DNA from: the human T2T-CHM13v2.0 reference genome, Homo sapiens
Length of the DNA stretch: 64,000 nucleotides
Strand: one strand, 5' to 3'
Assembly (NCBI RefSeq): GCF_009914755.1
Contig: NC_060935.1
Part shown: positions 13,081 to 26,279 of the stretch, in pieces
How positions within the stretch are numbered: position 1 is the stretch's first letter
Layout: each line of letters starts with the position of its first letter
The notes under the pieces: generated by a model
Database searches by the model: none
Told to the model about the DNA's origin: nothing
What the model saw: the letters and a program-made list of their open reading frames with translations, nothing else
Made by a program: the position numbers and the translations under genes

Positions 13081-14224
13081 ATTTAAAAAATAAAAAGAAC
13101 CAGCAATAACTTGGCCTAAAAGGTCCATAATTTTTTCTTTTTGGGAAAGTAAATTTCTTTGATATTTTCTGTCAGTTTTCATAAGGCCAAAGGATGTAAA
13201 TTTCACAGGAAAGGTGGCAAGAAAATGGGAAAGTAACTCCTCCAAGTCTATTCCATCCACATGGCTCCAGAGACCACTTCTGGTGCCAGGGAGAAGCCCA
13301 TGTACTTACTCTTACTGCCCCTGGACTTACGGTTCACATAGCAGATGACTTAATCTCAGCTTAGAAAGAATAAAAAGCTCAACTGCATTGAAATGAATTT
13401 TCTGTCCAGTTTGTATTGAAAATTAAAATAATTGGAAATCAGGAAAAACCTCTATGCAGATATATTAGTGGCTAGAGACTTCTGGTTATTATGGTTAATA
13501 AAACACCAGAATTATATTACGCTCTGCTCACAGACTCTAGCCCAGGACTTGCTCTCCCTCTAGACAGAATATAAGCCACTTATGAGAGTAAACTTTGTAC
13601 ACAAGCTAAACACATAAAGCCATGTATTGGAATTGAACAAAACATTGCAAGGCAAATAAAAGCTAGCTAAATGCCAAATTCCCAAGGGCAGCCAAAATGA
13701 GAGCTCCCACTTTTCATGAACCATACACGGATTCTTCCTTTGGTCATTCCAGAAACTAAGAAACAGTAGCTTACCACACTGGTGGCTGATAAGAAACCTG
13801 ACAGGTTCTGCACTCTGGTCATATTTTCAAGCCTAGACTCACACATTCCCCAAATCCCAATATTCTGGATACACACAGGCCTTTGCAACATGGAACAGAG
13901 GCTAAGAGTGTCCAAAGTTTATGGGAGGGAAGGCCTCAGGGAGAAGGAAGGGAACCATTCTGTACAGGCTCAAATCACCTATTGATTACTGTGATAATGT
14001 TATCTAAAGCAGAAATAGAAACACATGGTCAGACAAAGGATTTTATCCAACTTGTGAATGTATGCACGTGAAAAGAAAACAGGACTAAATATTTTACACT
14101 GGGAGTGTTCCTGAAAATCAGTAACAGCCACTGGGGACACAAAACCTGCTCTCTCTGTCTCCTCTCAGCACGCCCTACTAGCCCTTACTCACAAACCCTC
14201 CCTTCTTGTCCTGCAAATGTCTTA

Positions 14225-15050
14225 CATTCATTCAATAACATTAATCAAGCACCTCTGGTCTACACGTTATACTAGGAGTTTCGTTCCTATACTCAAGGAA
14301 CTCTTTATGTATTGGGGAGAACTGCATATGTACAAATAATTATAAATCAATAAGATGGATGATTGGGAGGCAAACAATGTGCTAGAGGAGCCCGAAGAAG
14401 AATACTCCCTTGGGCGATCAGGAGGGGCTTCACGGAGGAGGTGGCAATTCAACCTGGTCTCAAGAAAGGGGAGTTAGCCAGGTAGGGATGACAGGAGGAG
14501 GCAAGGGAGGGCATTCCAGGCAGAAGATAGAGTGGACACAAAAGGCACAAATATGTAAATGCAAACAGCATGTCAAGGAATGACACGTTGTTCAGCATGG
14601 CTACAGTATAGGATTGAAAAGAGAGAATGTCACATGATGAGTCCAGACAGACGGACTGAAGCCAATTTGTGAGGGTCCTTGTATGTCACGCTAAAGATGA
14701 TGGAGACTTGAAAGTTTTTCCATGGCACAATCAGGTTTATGTCTGGGGAAGATAGCTCTCAAGGCAATGTGCAGGGGGTTGAAGGCAGGTGAGGATGAAG
14801 ACAGGGAGAGCAGGTAGGAGGAGAAGAGGTGATAACCTCAGGGAGAACCGAAACAAGTTGAGCTAAAGCTATGGCTGTAGATGATCGGGCAGTGATTGAT
14901 TTAAGAGGTATTTAGACAGGCGAATCTATAGCACTTCGTGTTGATTGAATGTGAGCAATAAGGAAAGGGAGAATTCGAGAATGCATCTGTGGCAGATATA
15001 TCCAGCAGGCATTTGGAATTAAGGGTCTGGGACTCAGAAGGGAATGTGGG
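14225..15050 (-). mobile_element. L2 LINE 3' portion
   Basis: cattcattcaataacatt (antisense L2 tail) followed by typical L2 body ggcattccaggcagaag, gattgaatgtgag, gcaggcatttgga. Confidence 0.8.
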
Positions 15051-15973
15051 GCCTCACAGATACTGTGACCTCTGCCCAAGGTCACAGAGAGACAGTACTA
15101 TCATATTTCCCAGAGGAAGACAATGATGGGTCCTAGATTCACAGGCATGAAGGGCCCTTTGCTGTGGGTCAGAAGCCCCTAACTCCAAGTGAAAACAGAG
15201 ATTGCTATGAAACAAAAGAGAAAAAGGAGAGGGAAAACACCCACTAAGGGTGTCATCTGCCCTTTCTGAGCCTCACTTTCATTTATAGGACACAGAGGAG
15301 GTACACTGAGTCAAGGTGCTATTTTAATGAACTTACAAGTAAGGCCCCTTAAAAGTACAGATCCAAACCAGATCCTGAGGCCAGAAGGAAGACCAGAATT
15401 AGGGTGATATGGCTAGAGGTACCCAGATTCCTCACATCAACACAAGATGCTGTTTTGCCAGATTAATTTGAGGCCATCGGCTAGAAAAGTTACCAAATCA
15501 GAAATAGGTAGGAGGATGGGTCATGGGGTATTCAGTTCCCTGGCCCAAGGAGATATACTGGGCTCTCCTGTGCCTGTTTCTGGACTTATCCAGGAGTTCT
15601 GCCCACTTTGTGCCATCCTCAGTTGCCTAACCAGGACCATACATTGACTCCTCATTAATTTCTGCTGCATTCTGCCAGCTCAGGGGCAGCTGGGACTGGG
15701 AAAGAGATCCCAGTTCCTGGGCCCTGCTTTACACCTGAGATGCTCAGACTTCCCAGCAGCATGCATCCTGTCTGGGCCCCTGATAAGGGCTTGTCCATAT
15801 CTCCACTTCCTAATGAGCAAGAAAGGCCAGCTGATGGTGCAAGGCAGACATCATATGATCAGTCCCAAAAGTGTTGCAGGAGTAGGTGGCCTTTCGGGAG
15901 AAACATAGAAGAAAATAGCTTCCTCCTGTGGAGTCTGTGAAGGAGATGAATAGAAGAGGTGGCTTGGCCAGAG

Positions 15974-15987
15974 GGTGCTATGGCAAC
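15974..15987 (+). promoter_or_regulatory. RFX X-box-like motif
   Basis: ggtgctatggcaac, one mismatch to GTTGCYATGGCAAC. Confidence 0.3.
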
Positions 15988-17769
15988 TACAGCTGACCCT
16001 AGTGCTCTTTTGGGAGCATGAAATATGGAAATGGGGTAGGGTTGGGGGAGGGACAAACAAGGGAGTGGTGCAGTCATGGGTTCATCTGAAATGTAGTTGG
16101 CCTTGAGAAACACTGCCATAAGAAAGCTTTTATTATGCCGGTATGGCTAACCAGGAGAGCCCATTCCTAAGCCAGTGTGAGCCAAGGATCCAGTAACAGG
16201 GCCCACAAAGTGAGAAGAGGGTCTCAGGGTTCCCCAGGAAGAAAAGCGAGAAAGAAAAGATGCTCTCATATTGCCAGGGCTTCTGTTGTGTAATATTGTG
16301 GCAGGCGAGGCTGGGACTCCTTTATATACTTAATCATGTTCCATTTCCAGCTGACACAACTCAACAGTTTATGACACAGCACCACTTAATAAGACTCACT
16401 ATCAACTTAGGAAGGGGGATGATGAAGCCGGGGGAGGGAGAGATGAGGGAAGAAGCTGAGTGGAGAGGGTGAAAATGATAGGACTTGTTTTTAAAACAGA
16501 AAGTCTGTTGTCAGTTTAGATTACAGTCTAAGCAACCAGGGCAGGTCCTTAGAGGGTAGGAACATTCTAAACTAGCAGAATCTTCTGTACAGAGGCACTG
16601 AGCTGGAAGAAGCCAAATCCTCTCTTAAGTAAATGGGGTAGCTGTGGGTATAGGGTCAAGATGGCATTTATCTTGGCTTCTGAGAGCAAAAGAGGCCAGT
16701 GAAAGCTGGGGTTCCTTTCCACCATTCCTGACCTGGGCAGCTTCCAGAACTTACCTCTCCAACCAAATAGTAATTTCACTGAAGGCAAAGAGCACACTCT
16801 CTTTTTATTATTATAAATCTCTACACCACATGACAGTGGATGGCCTCACATTGGGCAACCAGTGATGATTTGTCCATCTGGCAGAAAACATATTTTCTAC
16901 CAAGAGATGATCTTATTTCCCTTGATGAGACAGAAGATAAATAGAAATTTAGAGCGTGAAAGAGCATTAGAAATCAAACCATCAAATTTTCTCATTTTGC
17001 CCATTGGAAAACTGAGCACAAAGAGGTAAAGAAAATTGCAGTGACACAACCCAATCACTCACCCAGACCCCAAACCCAGCTCTTCTGAGTCCTCGTTCCA
17101 CTGCTTCTTCAATGACACTTCAGTGCCTCTGCAAACTGTGTGTCTGCAATGACTTCACAGCCGTCTGTCCATCCATCCATCCATCCCTCCTTTCTACGTA
17201 TACAAGGCTAAGTGTGTGAATGGGGTAGCAAGGGGCAAGTCCATAAAAAGATGAATTAAATCACGTTCTGTCCAGTTCCCTGCTTCCCTCACTCCTAAGA
17301 AGGAAAGGCACATACACACGAAAAATATCAGCCCAATATGCTCATAGAGTGTGTTCATAATGCAATTTAGCATAGAGTAGATCAGGTAGGATGGGCTAGA
17401 GGGATTTGAGAAGACTTCACCAAAAAAAAAGTCCAATGTGAGTTTTCTAGTAAAGAATAGATGGTGGCCAATCATGGGAGAGAAGAAAGATGTTCGAGGT
17501 GGAGAGAGCCCAAAGATGCCCTTCCTCAAACTGTCTCACCCTTTGGTTTCAGGAACACCATTCTCTTGAGCTCTTCTGGTGACCCTGAGAGCACTCCTTG
17601 AAGTCTTTTTAAAGGGCGATATCATCATCATCTCTTGACTGTAAAGCATCCATTGGACTTGGCAATGAGTTGACCACTGGACACTGTCCCTGGCTCTATA
17701 ACTAGATCATGTCTATCTGTTATTGGATTTTTAGCACCCCATCTCATGGTTTCTTAACACTTACCACCA

Positions 17770-17925
17770 TTATCATCTGGCATTTATTTGTGTCCTTTGT
17801 ATTAATATCTGCCTGCCCTACTAGATGGAAGCTCCTAAAGACAGGAACTACTTGGTTGTGTCCTCAACACCTGGTGTGCATGTGGCACATAGTAGATGCT
17901 CAATGAGTATTGTCCAACTGAGGCA
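17770..17925 (+). mobile_element. L2 3' end
   Basis: ctagatggaagctcctaaagacagg...tggcacatagtagatgctcaat. Confidence 0.75.
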
Positions 17926-18977
17926 TGCATGAACAGTGAGAGAGAAGCTAATTTCATGAACTGGAGAGCAAATGGAATAAGGAAAAACAGGGACGACAAA
18001 AGTTGATCATATTTTAAAGAAAATATATGGTCGAAGGAAAGAAAATACAGTGAGAAAAGAGAATACAGAATGTCGAAGGGGTTTAGGAGGGGAAAGATTT
18101 GTTTATAGATTATAGGATGGAAACAGTGCCAGGTCAAGATCGAAGCTACAAGGTGGCACCAGGTCGGGGTGACAATATTGGACCAGCTTTCCAGAGGAAT
18201 AAAATCATGTACCCAGGAGAAGGGCTTAGCCTACAACAAGAGAAGAACCTGCCTTTTCCTAAACAAGAAGAGGATACTCCACATAAAAAATTAAGTCTCC
18301 ACAACATCCCACACTAGTGTCTTATCTGCCCATCTGCCCTAACTGTTGTGGGTTTTTTTTTTTTTCAATTTGAATTAATGAATGAGGGGTTATTTGTGTA
18401 TTTTTTCAATTTTGCTCCCAGAGGAGAACAATAAAGAGTGTCTTTCTAGATGGCTTTGGTCCTCTATCCACTGTCTCATGGGACCCAGGCTACACCCTCC
18501 TCTTCCCTCCAGAAAACACCTGCCCTAAGGTCCTTGTTCCCTCTCGAATCTAGGATACTCTACCCTTGACCTTCCCACAATTCTCTGCATAGAACCATTT
18601 AAGTCTGACCCTCTCTGTGTCAGCTCATCTCTGATGTTTTTCCATGTTGCCCTTTAGGCTAATCTCCTTGGACAGGGTGCTGCAACACTAGATGTTTCAA
18701 ATCTCCTCAGTGTGAGTCTCTGATCTCAGTTACTTGAAAGCAAAGCTCAGGGCTCCCAGAGGCCAGAGGTTTCTGGGCACTGAAAGCATCTGTCTTGACG
18801 TCTCAGAATTGGGTGGTGTCCTTGACCCATCCTCCTCCACTTTCACTACCACAGACAGCTGCATGAATCTGGGAGCTGGATCTGCATTGCTTGGCTTGGC
18901 GCCTCTAACAGAAAACCACTTCACTGCTTAACCAGGGGTCACTCTTCCAGCCTACACATCCAGCACCTTTTCCTTAC

Positions 18978-19214
18978 TCCTGACAAGAAGAGAAGATGGA
19001 TTCTTTGCTCAAGAGACTGGTAACCACGCTGATAGTCATAATCAAGGCAAGGAAAGAGGGGAGCTGGTGAAGACCCTTAGGGAAAGAGACCACAGGATAG
19101 AGCATCAGTTCTTTCTGTCTGGCAGCTCCACCAGCAGAAAGTCTAACAGTCTCCTCTCTATTCTTCTTGAAGACAGGACCACCACTGTGGCAAACCCCAG
19201 TGACCTCGTGCATA
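18978..19214 (-). other. Candidate exon beginning at a strong acceptor at 19214 (3' boundary uncertain)
   Basis: Acceptor tgtgaatttccctttcag|TATGCA; possible donor GGA|gtaagg at 18977, or it could be a longer terminal exon. Confidence 0.3.
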
Positions 19215-19317
19215 CTGAAAGGGAAATTCACAGATTCTTTTTCTTTGCTAAATGATGGGTTTGAGAGTGTGGTTTTTAAGTGTTCATAGAGGGCTGCTGT
19301 TATCCTGGAAGTGAGCA

Positions 19318-19545
19318 CAGAGTAAAGACAGGAGCATAGCCTTCAGAGTCAGACAGTTCTAGATCCAAATTCATACTCTGTTAGTAGTTGTGTGACTTTC
19401 AGCGAGTTACTTAATCTCTCAGCCCCCAGATTCCTCATATGCATCATGAAGGTAATTATGTCAACCTTGCAGAGTGGTTGGGAGGATTGGAACTAGCCTA
19501 GGGGAAGCACCCCACACAGTGCCTGGCACATGGCAGGTATTCCGC
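19318..19545 (+). mobile_element. MIR SINE
   Basis: tcagacagttctagatccaaattc...tgtgactttcagcgagttacttaatctctc...gtgcctggcacatggcagg. Confidence 0.8.
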
Positions 19546-20067
19546 ATGGAGGAACTTGTGACTGTCACTGGGTGTGCGTGAGAGTCCAGAAGCACAGGCT
19601 TCAGGACCAACACGATTTGTCACTGCTCTTCCTCTCCCCCACTGCCTCCCACCTCTCTTCCCAATTTGGCTTCATGCTAGGAAGGATGATGCTTACAGAC
19701 AGCTGGGGGGGTCAGGAAGAGGACCAGTGGCCGAGGGTGGCAGAGGAGGGAGGGCATATCTCCCCAGCTCACTCTTCTTTCACTAACAGGAGCAGCAGCA
19801 ATCAGCGTCTCCTCTTCCCTAACCTGTTTCCATGGTTCCCACCCAGGCTGCTTCTAAAATCTGTCACACTTTTAGCATAATGTGCAGTGAGCGCCACGGC
19901 AAATAGCTTTGTGTCACCTGCAGGGCCCAGGCCGGGCCCTTCCTCCTGTTCCCTGGGGAGGCTTCTGGCCTGGGGGGTCAGGTTGGGCACCTGCAGCATG
20001 GATCTCCTTTGAGTACTCCACTCCGTCCAAATTACCTGTGCTCGCCAGGTCCCTCTCGCAGGTGGAC

Positions 20068-20077
20068 CCATTAATGG
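20068..20077. promoter_or_regulatory. CArG box (SRF-type motif) inside a repeat-free block
   Basis: CCATTAATGG is a perfect CC(A/T)6GG. Confidence 0.3.
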
Positions 20078-20914
20078 CATTGCATGTACAGCCTGTCAGC
20101 TCTCTAATTACACCCTTCAGTGGAAAGCTGCCTGCTAGATTTCCACGCTTTCTTGTTGGGTACCTTGATCCATGCTGTTGTTGTCAGAAAAGTTACGGTG
20201 CAGCCTGCCTGTCTGAGCGTAGCTGCCTGCCTCTGTTTTAGCTGGTGTTTTATTTGTTTGGGGGTTTTAAAAAAAATAGATAAACTGACTTTTGAAGAGA
20301 AGACAAAAAATGGCAAGTAGACCATTGAACTTGAAGTCAGAATGTAAAGCTCACTTTCATCATCTACTCGCTGAGGAATCAGAAGCATATCTTTCAGCCT
20401 CTCTAGGTCTGCAGAATGGGATGATAGTAATCCCCACCCCTCCAGAGTTGTTGCAACAATCAAATGAGACAGTATGTGAGGAAGTCTTTCTTCATTATAA
20501 AGCAATAAATAAATGCTCATTATTCCTGCTGAAACTGGAATAGGGAGATGTGAATTTATTTGCTGAATGACTTAGGTAAATCACTTAACCTCTCTGAGCC
20601 TCTGTTTTCTTGTTAATCTATGAAACAAGATTAATACCATACACCTTATCTCATAGGATTGCTGTGAGGACAAACAAAGATAAAAGATATGAAATGACCT
20701 TGAAAAATATGAAGAGCTGCATGCCTGTAATGCATTGGGATCACTGAAAGAGGGCTTGGACATAAGAACAGAAGAGCCATAGGCTCTGAGTGTCTCACCA
20801 GCCCCATCCTCTTAGACATGTACCATTGTGTTTGGGAGGTGATGCCAGAAGGCAGTAGAGATATGAGCCTTAGAGAGAATCAGTGCAGCCCACACTTAGT
20901 ATCACAAATCAAAT

Positions 20915-21130
20915 TAGGTGAGCACTTGCCCTGTTCCAGACATTGTATCACATACTTGGTGTATGTTAACTCACTTAATCCCACTCATTGCATAAGGCAG
21001 TGCTATTAGCATCCTCACGCAACAGGTGAGAAGCTGAGGCTTAGGGTGATTAAGCAACTGCCCAGAGTACCACATTTAATTAGTGGCAGAGCTGGGACTC
21101 CAAACTTAGGTCTATCTGATGCCAAAACCA
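20915..21130 (-). mobile_element. MIR SINE
   Basis: acaggtgagaagctgaggcttagggtgattaagcaactgcccagag...gtggcagagctgggactccaaact. Confidence 0.8.
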
Positions 21131-21134
21131 AATA

Positions 21135-21191
<57 letters not shown>

Positions 21192-21244
21192 TAGATGGAT
21201 GATAGATAGATGATTGATAGATAAATGATAGATGATAGATACAC

Positions 21245-21295
<51 letters not shown>

Positions 21296-21321
21296 GATAG
21301 ATAGATAGATGATAGGATAGA
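21135..21321. repeat. Complex (GATA/TAGA)n-(GACA)n tetranucleotide microsatellite
   Basis: Two long uninterrupted TAGA runs separated by CAGA and degenerate units, seen directly. Confidence 0.98.
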
Positions 21322-22458
21322 AAAATAAAATGAATCTGCTAACATTTCTTGAGTGTCTATTATGAACAAGGAAGGTCCCATGCTTCACGTGCGTTAACCC
21401 AAGTTATGGGTTCCACCTCTGTTATAGGTATTTTATTGTCTTATTTTACAGATGAGAACACTCAGGCACAGAGAGTTTAGGTAATTCTCCTAAGGCTTCA
21501 CAGCTAACAAAACCACCATACCCTTGAATTTGGGGCATCCCTAATATCTAAGAAGCTCAATCAGGGAGGAAAGAAGCAAAGATTCTGGCTGCTCAGATCC
21601 TTCACCCCAGCGTGGAAACCACTCCCCACTCAGGACCTAACACTAAAGCTGTACTGTGCCCCCATCCTGCAAGAATAAGAGTTTGTGACTAACAAAGATC
21701 CATCATCTATGGAAATGGTTTTATTTTGTACTAACTACTACTACTACCAAGTTGAGTGATGATTTAGAGTTAACAACATCTTTTCTTACCCATTACATCA
21801 TTTCGTTTGAAAATGGCCATCCAGACCCTTTGTTGAAGAGGGCTACAGGCGAATATAGAATTAGCTTAGGTACTGGGAGACTGACGCATAAGTGAATACC
21901 TTGTTACAGTCTGTGTCATGCAATCATCCCATAATAGTCCCACTACATGGAGAAGAAAGCTGGGGCTCAGAGAGATTAAGAACCTGGCCCAATGTCACGT
22001 GACTAGTAAGAAGCAAAGCTGAGATTTGAACTCATCCATGCCCTTTCCACTAAATCCTCAGGTGTACAACTGCAAGTATCTCTGAGAGCTCTTAGCACAC
22101 TCACCTCAGGAGTAAAGGTATGATGCACTGGGGACAAAACACCAGGGATATGAGCTAGTTCCAAATGCCAGGGGAGACTGATAAATCTTTAGCAGAACAC
22201 ATTCCTTGCAGAGAAGCATCGCCACTCTCTCTAGGGCAGTGTCTGCCTCCTGTAACGTGTGTGTACATGTGCTTGTGAACACACCACACACAGCACACAC
22301 AACTGCTCCTCTGCAGCCCAGACAGAAAGAATCCACTCCCACGTGACTCCAAGGGCCTAGCACCTGCTAGCTGCCTCTCCCAGATGTCACCATCAGAGCC
22401 ATCGATCACCCGCTCAGCCCTCATCCTCCCTGACAGCAGGGCAACACTCTTCACTCAC

Positions 22459-22554
22459 CTCCAAGAGGCCTGTCTCTCTCAATGGACTCTGCTGGACAGA
22501 TACAAAAAGTGAAGTCCACAGCAAGCCCTTATCCTACTCAAGGATTTCCACTTT
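22459..22554 (-). other. Candidate 96-nt exon
   Basis: Acceptor tgtttctttag| at 22555-22556 and donor GAG|gtgagt at 22458; stop codon early in phase 0 (KVEILE*). Confidence 0.25.
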
Positions 22555-23929
22555 CTAAAGAAACATTTTTTAATGCAAAAAAGAGGACCATATGGAGCAC
22601 CGCCCAGGAGAAAATGCACCGCTCCCTAGGCAGGTTGCTGCACCATCCTTCTATCACCAGGGATGTTGTTCAGCCACAGTATCTGGGAGGCATGGGAACA
22701 AAGCTACGCATTTAGGACCTAGAGAGCTGGGTTCAAGTTCCAACTCTGCTGTGAGCTCTCAAGCAGTCACTTCTCTCTGGGCATTTTACATTTCTGCAAA
22801 ATCAACAGGTTGGACTAAATGTCCCTTTGGACTATAAGAGTCTACACACATCATCTCCACCAGAGAAGGTCATTTCCAACTGCCCTGCATGGAGTGCAAA
22901 GGAGCAGTCAGCACTGACTAGAACAGTGTAGTTCTTTCCTAAAAGCTGGGGCCCTGAGATCTTCCCATGCTGCAACTCCCATCTGCCAGCTCAGGTAACA
23001 ATGTCAGGCACCTGCCACAGTGACTCGTGATAAATCCGGCTCCTGGCAAAAGCAGCTGGCTCAGAAAGGGTATTTCATAAGGGTTTGCTGGATGAGTGGA
23101 TGGGTAAATGAGTAAATGACCAGGCATCTTTGACTCTCTGTTCCCTCCCTCCACTATCTTCTGGTCTACTACAAGGTGAACACCTCCCAAAGTCCATTTT
23201 AGACCCCACCTGGCCTGGTGGCCCCCACTTGGGTGGTGATTTGCCTACAGTGCTCTGGCCCAGGCTTTGTCCATGCTCTGGTGGATGAATGTCCTCGTAC
23301 AATGAGTCACCCTTTATCTGACAGGTCATTTTCTATAGAGAAAGCCAATTAAAACAGAGACTGTATTAATAAAAGGGTGTGGGTATGTGTTTGACTACAG
23401 AGGTACAATGAATTACTTTAATTTGCAAAGAAAACTCATCTGGTCTGAAGAGCTTGTTTTGCTGCCAGAGAGATGGACACCTCCAGAAAATCAGACCCTA
23501 CTCTTCAGGGGAGCTCAGTGGCAGGGAAAAGGCTCAGTGCGGGAAATGCTTGATGTACTTCTTTAATTGACATACCAGTAGGTGGAACATCTGTACAGCT
23601 GCCTGCGTGATGCCCAAGCAGCCCCTGCAGCACCCATGGAAAGAGGAGACCCTGGCTGCTGTCACTAGGCATTTATTTCCTCAGGCAGGGAGCAAAGGGG
23701 AGGAAGTGAGCCTGGGAGAATCTTACCTGGGGATGGGAGGATGCCTGGGATTTTAATTCTGTGCACTGTGCTATCAGTGTACCCAGCTGTGCTTTTGAGC
23801 TAGACAAGTCCAGTGTTTCTGAGCACTTAACTAAAATGTCACTTCTTCTGGAAATCTCCCCTGGCTGCCTAAGCCAGAGTGAGGAACTCAAAGCACCAAT
23901 TCTATTTTTAGTTATTAGAAGTAGCTAGT

Positions 23930-24130
23930 GAGTAAAACACAAGCCTGGAGTCAAAGGACCTGGATTCAAATCCCTGCCTTATATAACTTTAGGCAAGTTA
24001 CTTAGCTGCTTCATGCCTGGCTCCTGTCTTCTGTAAACTGGGCTAACAGTCTTTCCCTCATACAGTTATTATGAAGATTAAAGGAGATAATGCCTGTAAA
24101 TCATCTAACAATAGTTTCTGACACAGTCGT
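23930..24130 (+). mobile_element. MIR SINE
   Basis: ctggagtcaaaggacctggattcaaatcc...aggcaagttacttagc...ctgtaaactggg...gattaaaggagataatgcctgtaaa. Confidence 0.85.
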
Positions 24131-24369
24131 GCCTCTCATCTTCATCATCTGCATTCTCTGTTTGCTTATTAATATCCAGTTCTGAGAAGGCAGGAACCAC
24201 ACACTCTCTGTCATAGCTCCATAAACATTTGCTTAGTGACAAGCCTGCTTCCTTAGCACCAGGTCTCCTTCCTGCCTCCCTCCATGCAGAGCTGGCTCCT
24301 TCCTCCCGAACAGGTTATATTTGATGCACTAAAACAAAGTGAGGATGAGAAAGAGAAAAGAATAAACAG

Positions 24370-24690
24370 CGAAGCATAAATGGCTGGGATATCCCAGCCT
24401 CCCCTGGAGGGTGGGGCTTCTGGGGAGGGCGGCATCAACATCTCCGTGCGAGACCCAGGAGGTGCTGGTGACATTAAATGCCGATTACCCCTGGGGCATG
24501 TGGTTACTGCGCTGCGGTAACCCACCCCCTGAAGCGCCTGATTGCTTAAGCATCTCTTTGCAAAATGTTCATTTTATTTATTTTTTCCCCATGAATGTTT
24601 AATCAGGTACCTTGACGAGGCGCACAGCAGCCCTCTCCAGAGAGCAGGCAGAGATGGCGTGATCAGCCCTATTTGTCACAGAGGGCAGCT
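24370..24690. promoter_or_regulatory. Putative conserved non-coding element
   Basis: Repeat-free, CpG-retaining block with TGACA, ATTA and TAATC motifs plus an inverted repeat; inference. Confidence 0.4.
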
Positions 24691-26034
24691 TGGAGGGCGG
24701 CCACTGTGCCTCCACACTGCCTCACTGTCCCCAGCGCATGTCCCCAGGATCCCCCACCCCACTGTGCCAAGCCCAGTGTGTCCAGCTACCCTGGCTGGCA
24801 GAAGGGCTCTAGATGTGGTCACGTTTACCCCATACACTCATTCAGGTAGTAACTGGGGGTCCTTACCCCACCACCGCTACCTCCATCTGCTGCCTGCAGA
24901 GCCAGACCTCCCTTGCACAAATTGGAAACAGAGGGCACCTCAGCCAGCCCCCAGCCAAACTCTCTGCTTGGACAGCTCTGCTTCTCAGAGCCCAGACTGA
25001 AGCAGAGGAAAACTCAAGGCTAGCCCACTTGGGAATCCTGGATCGGCTTCTTAATCCTCCTTCTTCCCGGGCCTCCCTTTAATTTTCTTTCTTTCTTCAA
25101 AGCCATCTGCACAAACTAAAGGACTCTGTCCTCTCCACTCCTCCTCTCCTCACCCCACTTCTGGCAGAATGCCTTCCCAGGTGACGGCCTCTACATCTCA
25201 TCCCAGGGGCAGGCCACTGGGGGAGTCTAGAACCTCTCTCCACAGGGGAACAGCTGTTCCCCACTCCCTGAGCTCTGCGTCAGGCAGCCTGCTGCATTCC
25301 ACCGCCCCTCACTGAGTCCCAGCCTCCTGGGATTATGGGGAAAGCCATTACCTCAGGATTAAGCTTCAGTTTGATTCTCATCAAAGACTCTGGTCACCGA
25401 GTATTTGCTTAACACCAGACCTTTCAGGCCCCATCAAATTTAACAAGGCCTGACAGATTTGGGATTAAACAGAGAAACCCAGACAAATCCATACTTTCAT
25501 AGGAGCCCCCAGTGACTGCAGCAGGACAAGTCAGATCCTAGGGAAACAGCGACCCTCATGTTAGCTTCTGTGTAATGTGACCACCGCAGGGGCTTTGCTT
25601 CCCAGGCTGACACCCCTCACCACTGCCCGGCTGCCCCAAGATAGAATTTGATGCTTTCACTCTCTTGAGTGAGGAAGTTCAGCTCAGACATGGTCAATGA
25701 AGCATTGATTCAGGATGCGGAAGCTGTCAGGGGAGAACAAGGGGTGGGGCACAGTATAGGAAGAGCCCACCCCTCTGAGTTCCTACTCATCTGCCCCCAC
25801 CAGGCCTTGCGTTATGCTCAGAGCTTCTCTGATCTCCCCCAAGGCCTCCTTCTGGTTTTCCCACATCTCATCCCTCCAACGGTAGGTGCCCATCATCCCC
25901 AACCCAACTCCCAACTCTCAGATAGGCCAGGCATAGAGTAGCAGCAACAGCAACAAGTCCTGGACAGCAGACCCACCACAGCTTTGCAAATCGATTTCAG
26001 AAATCACTGTGTTACCCGTGTAACTGAAGAGACA

Positions 26035-26250
26035 GCATGATGTGGTGGCAAGCTTGGAGGCCGCAAAGCAGGTGTCAACTCTGACTTACTGCCATGGACT
26101 TAACTTTGGGCCAGCTCTAAAACTCTCAGTTTCCTCATCTGTAATATGGGAGCTGATAGTAACTGCCTTCCTCGGAGAATTGTTACACAAATGAGAGAAG
26201 CTATGTAAAATGTTCCAGTGCAGTGCTGGGAAAGGTGGCAATGTGGATGC
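26035..26250 (+). mobile_element. MIR SINE
   Basis: ctcagtttcctcatctgtaatatgggagctgatagtaac core. Confidence 0.8.
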
Positions 26251-26279
26251 TTTCTTACTTTCTTCTTTTCTTATTTGTG

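Noticed and set aside
18730-18931. Overlapping sense and antisense 64-65 aa ORFs
   Set aside because: Short, no canonical ATG start, no family similarity and no convincing flanking splice pair
21080-21388. ORFs with IYLS repeats
   Set aside because: Translation of the GATA microsatellite
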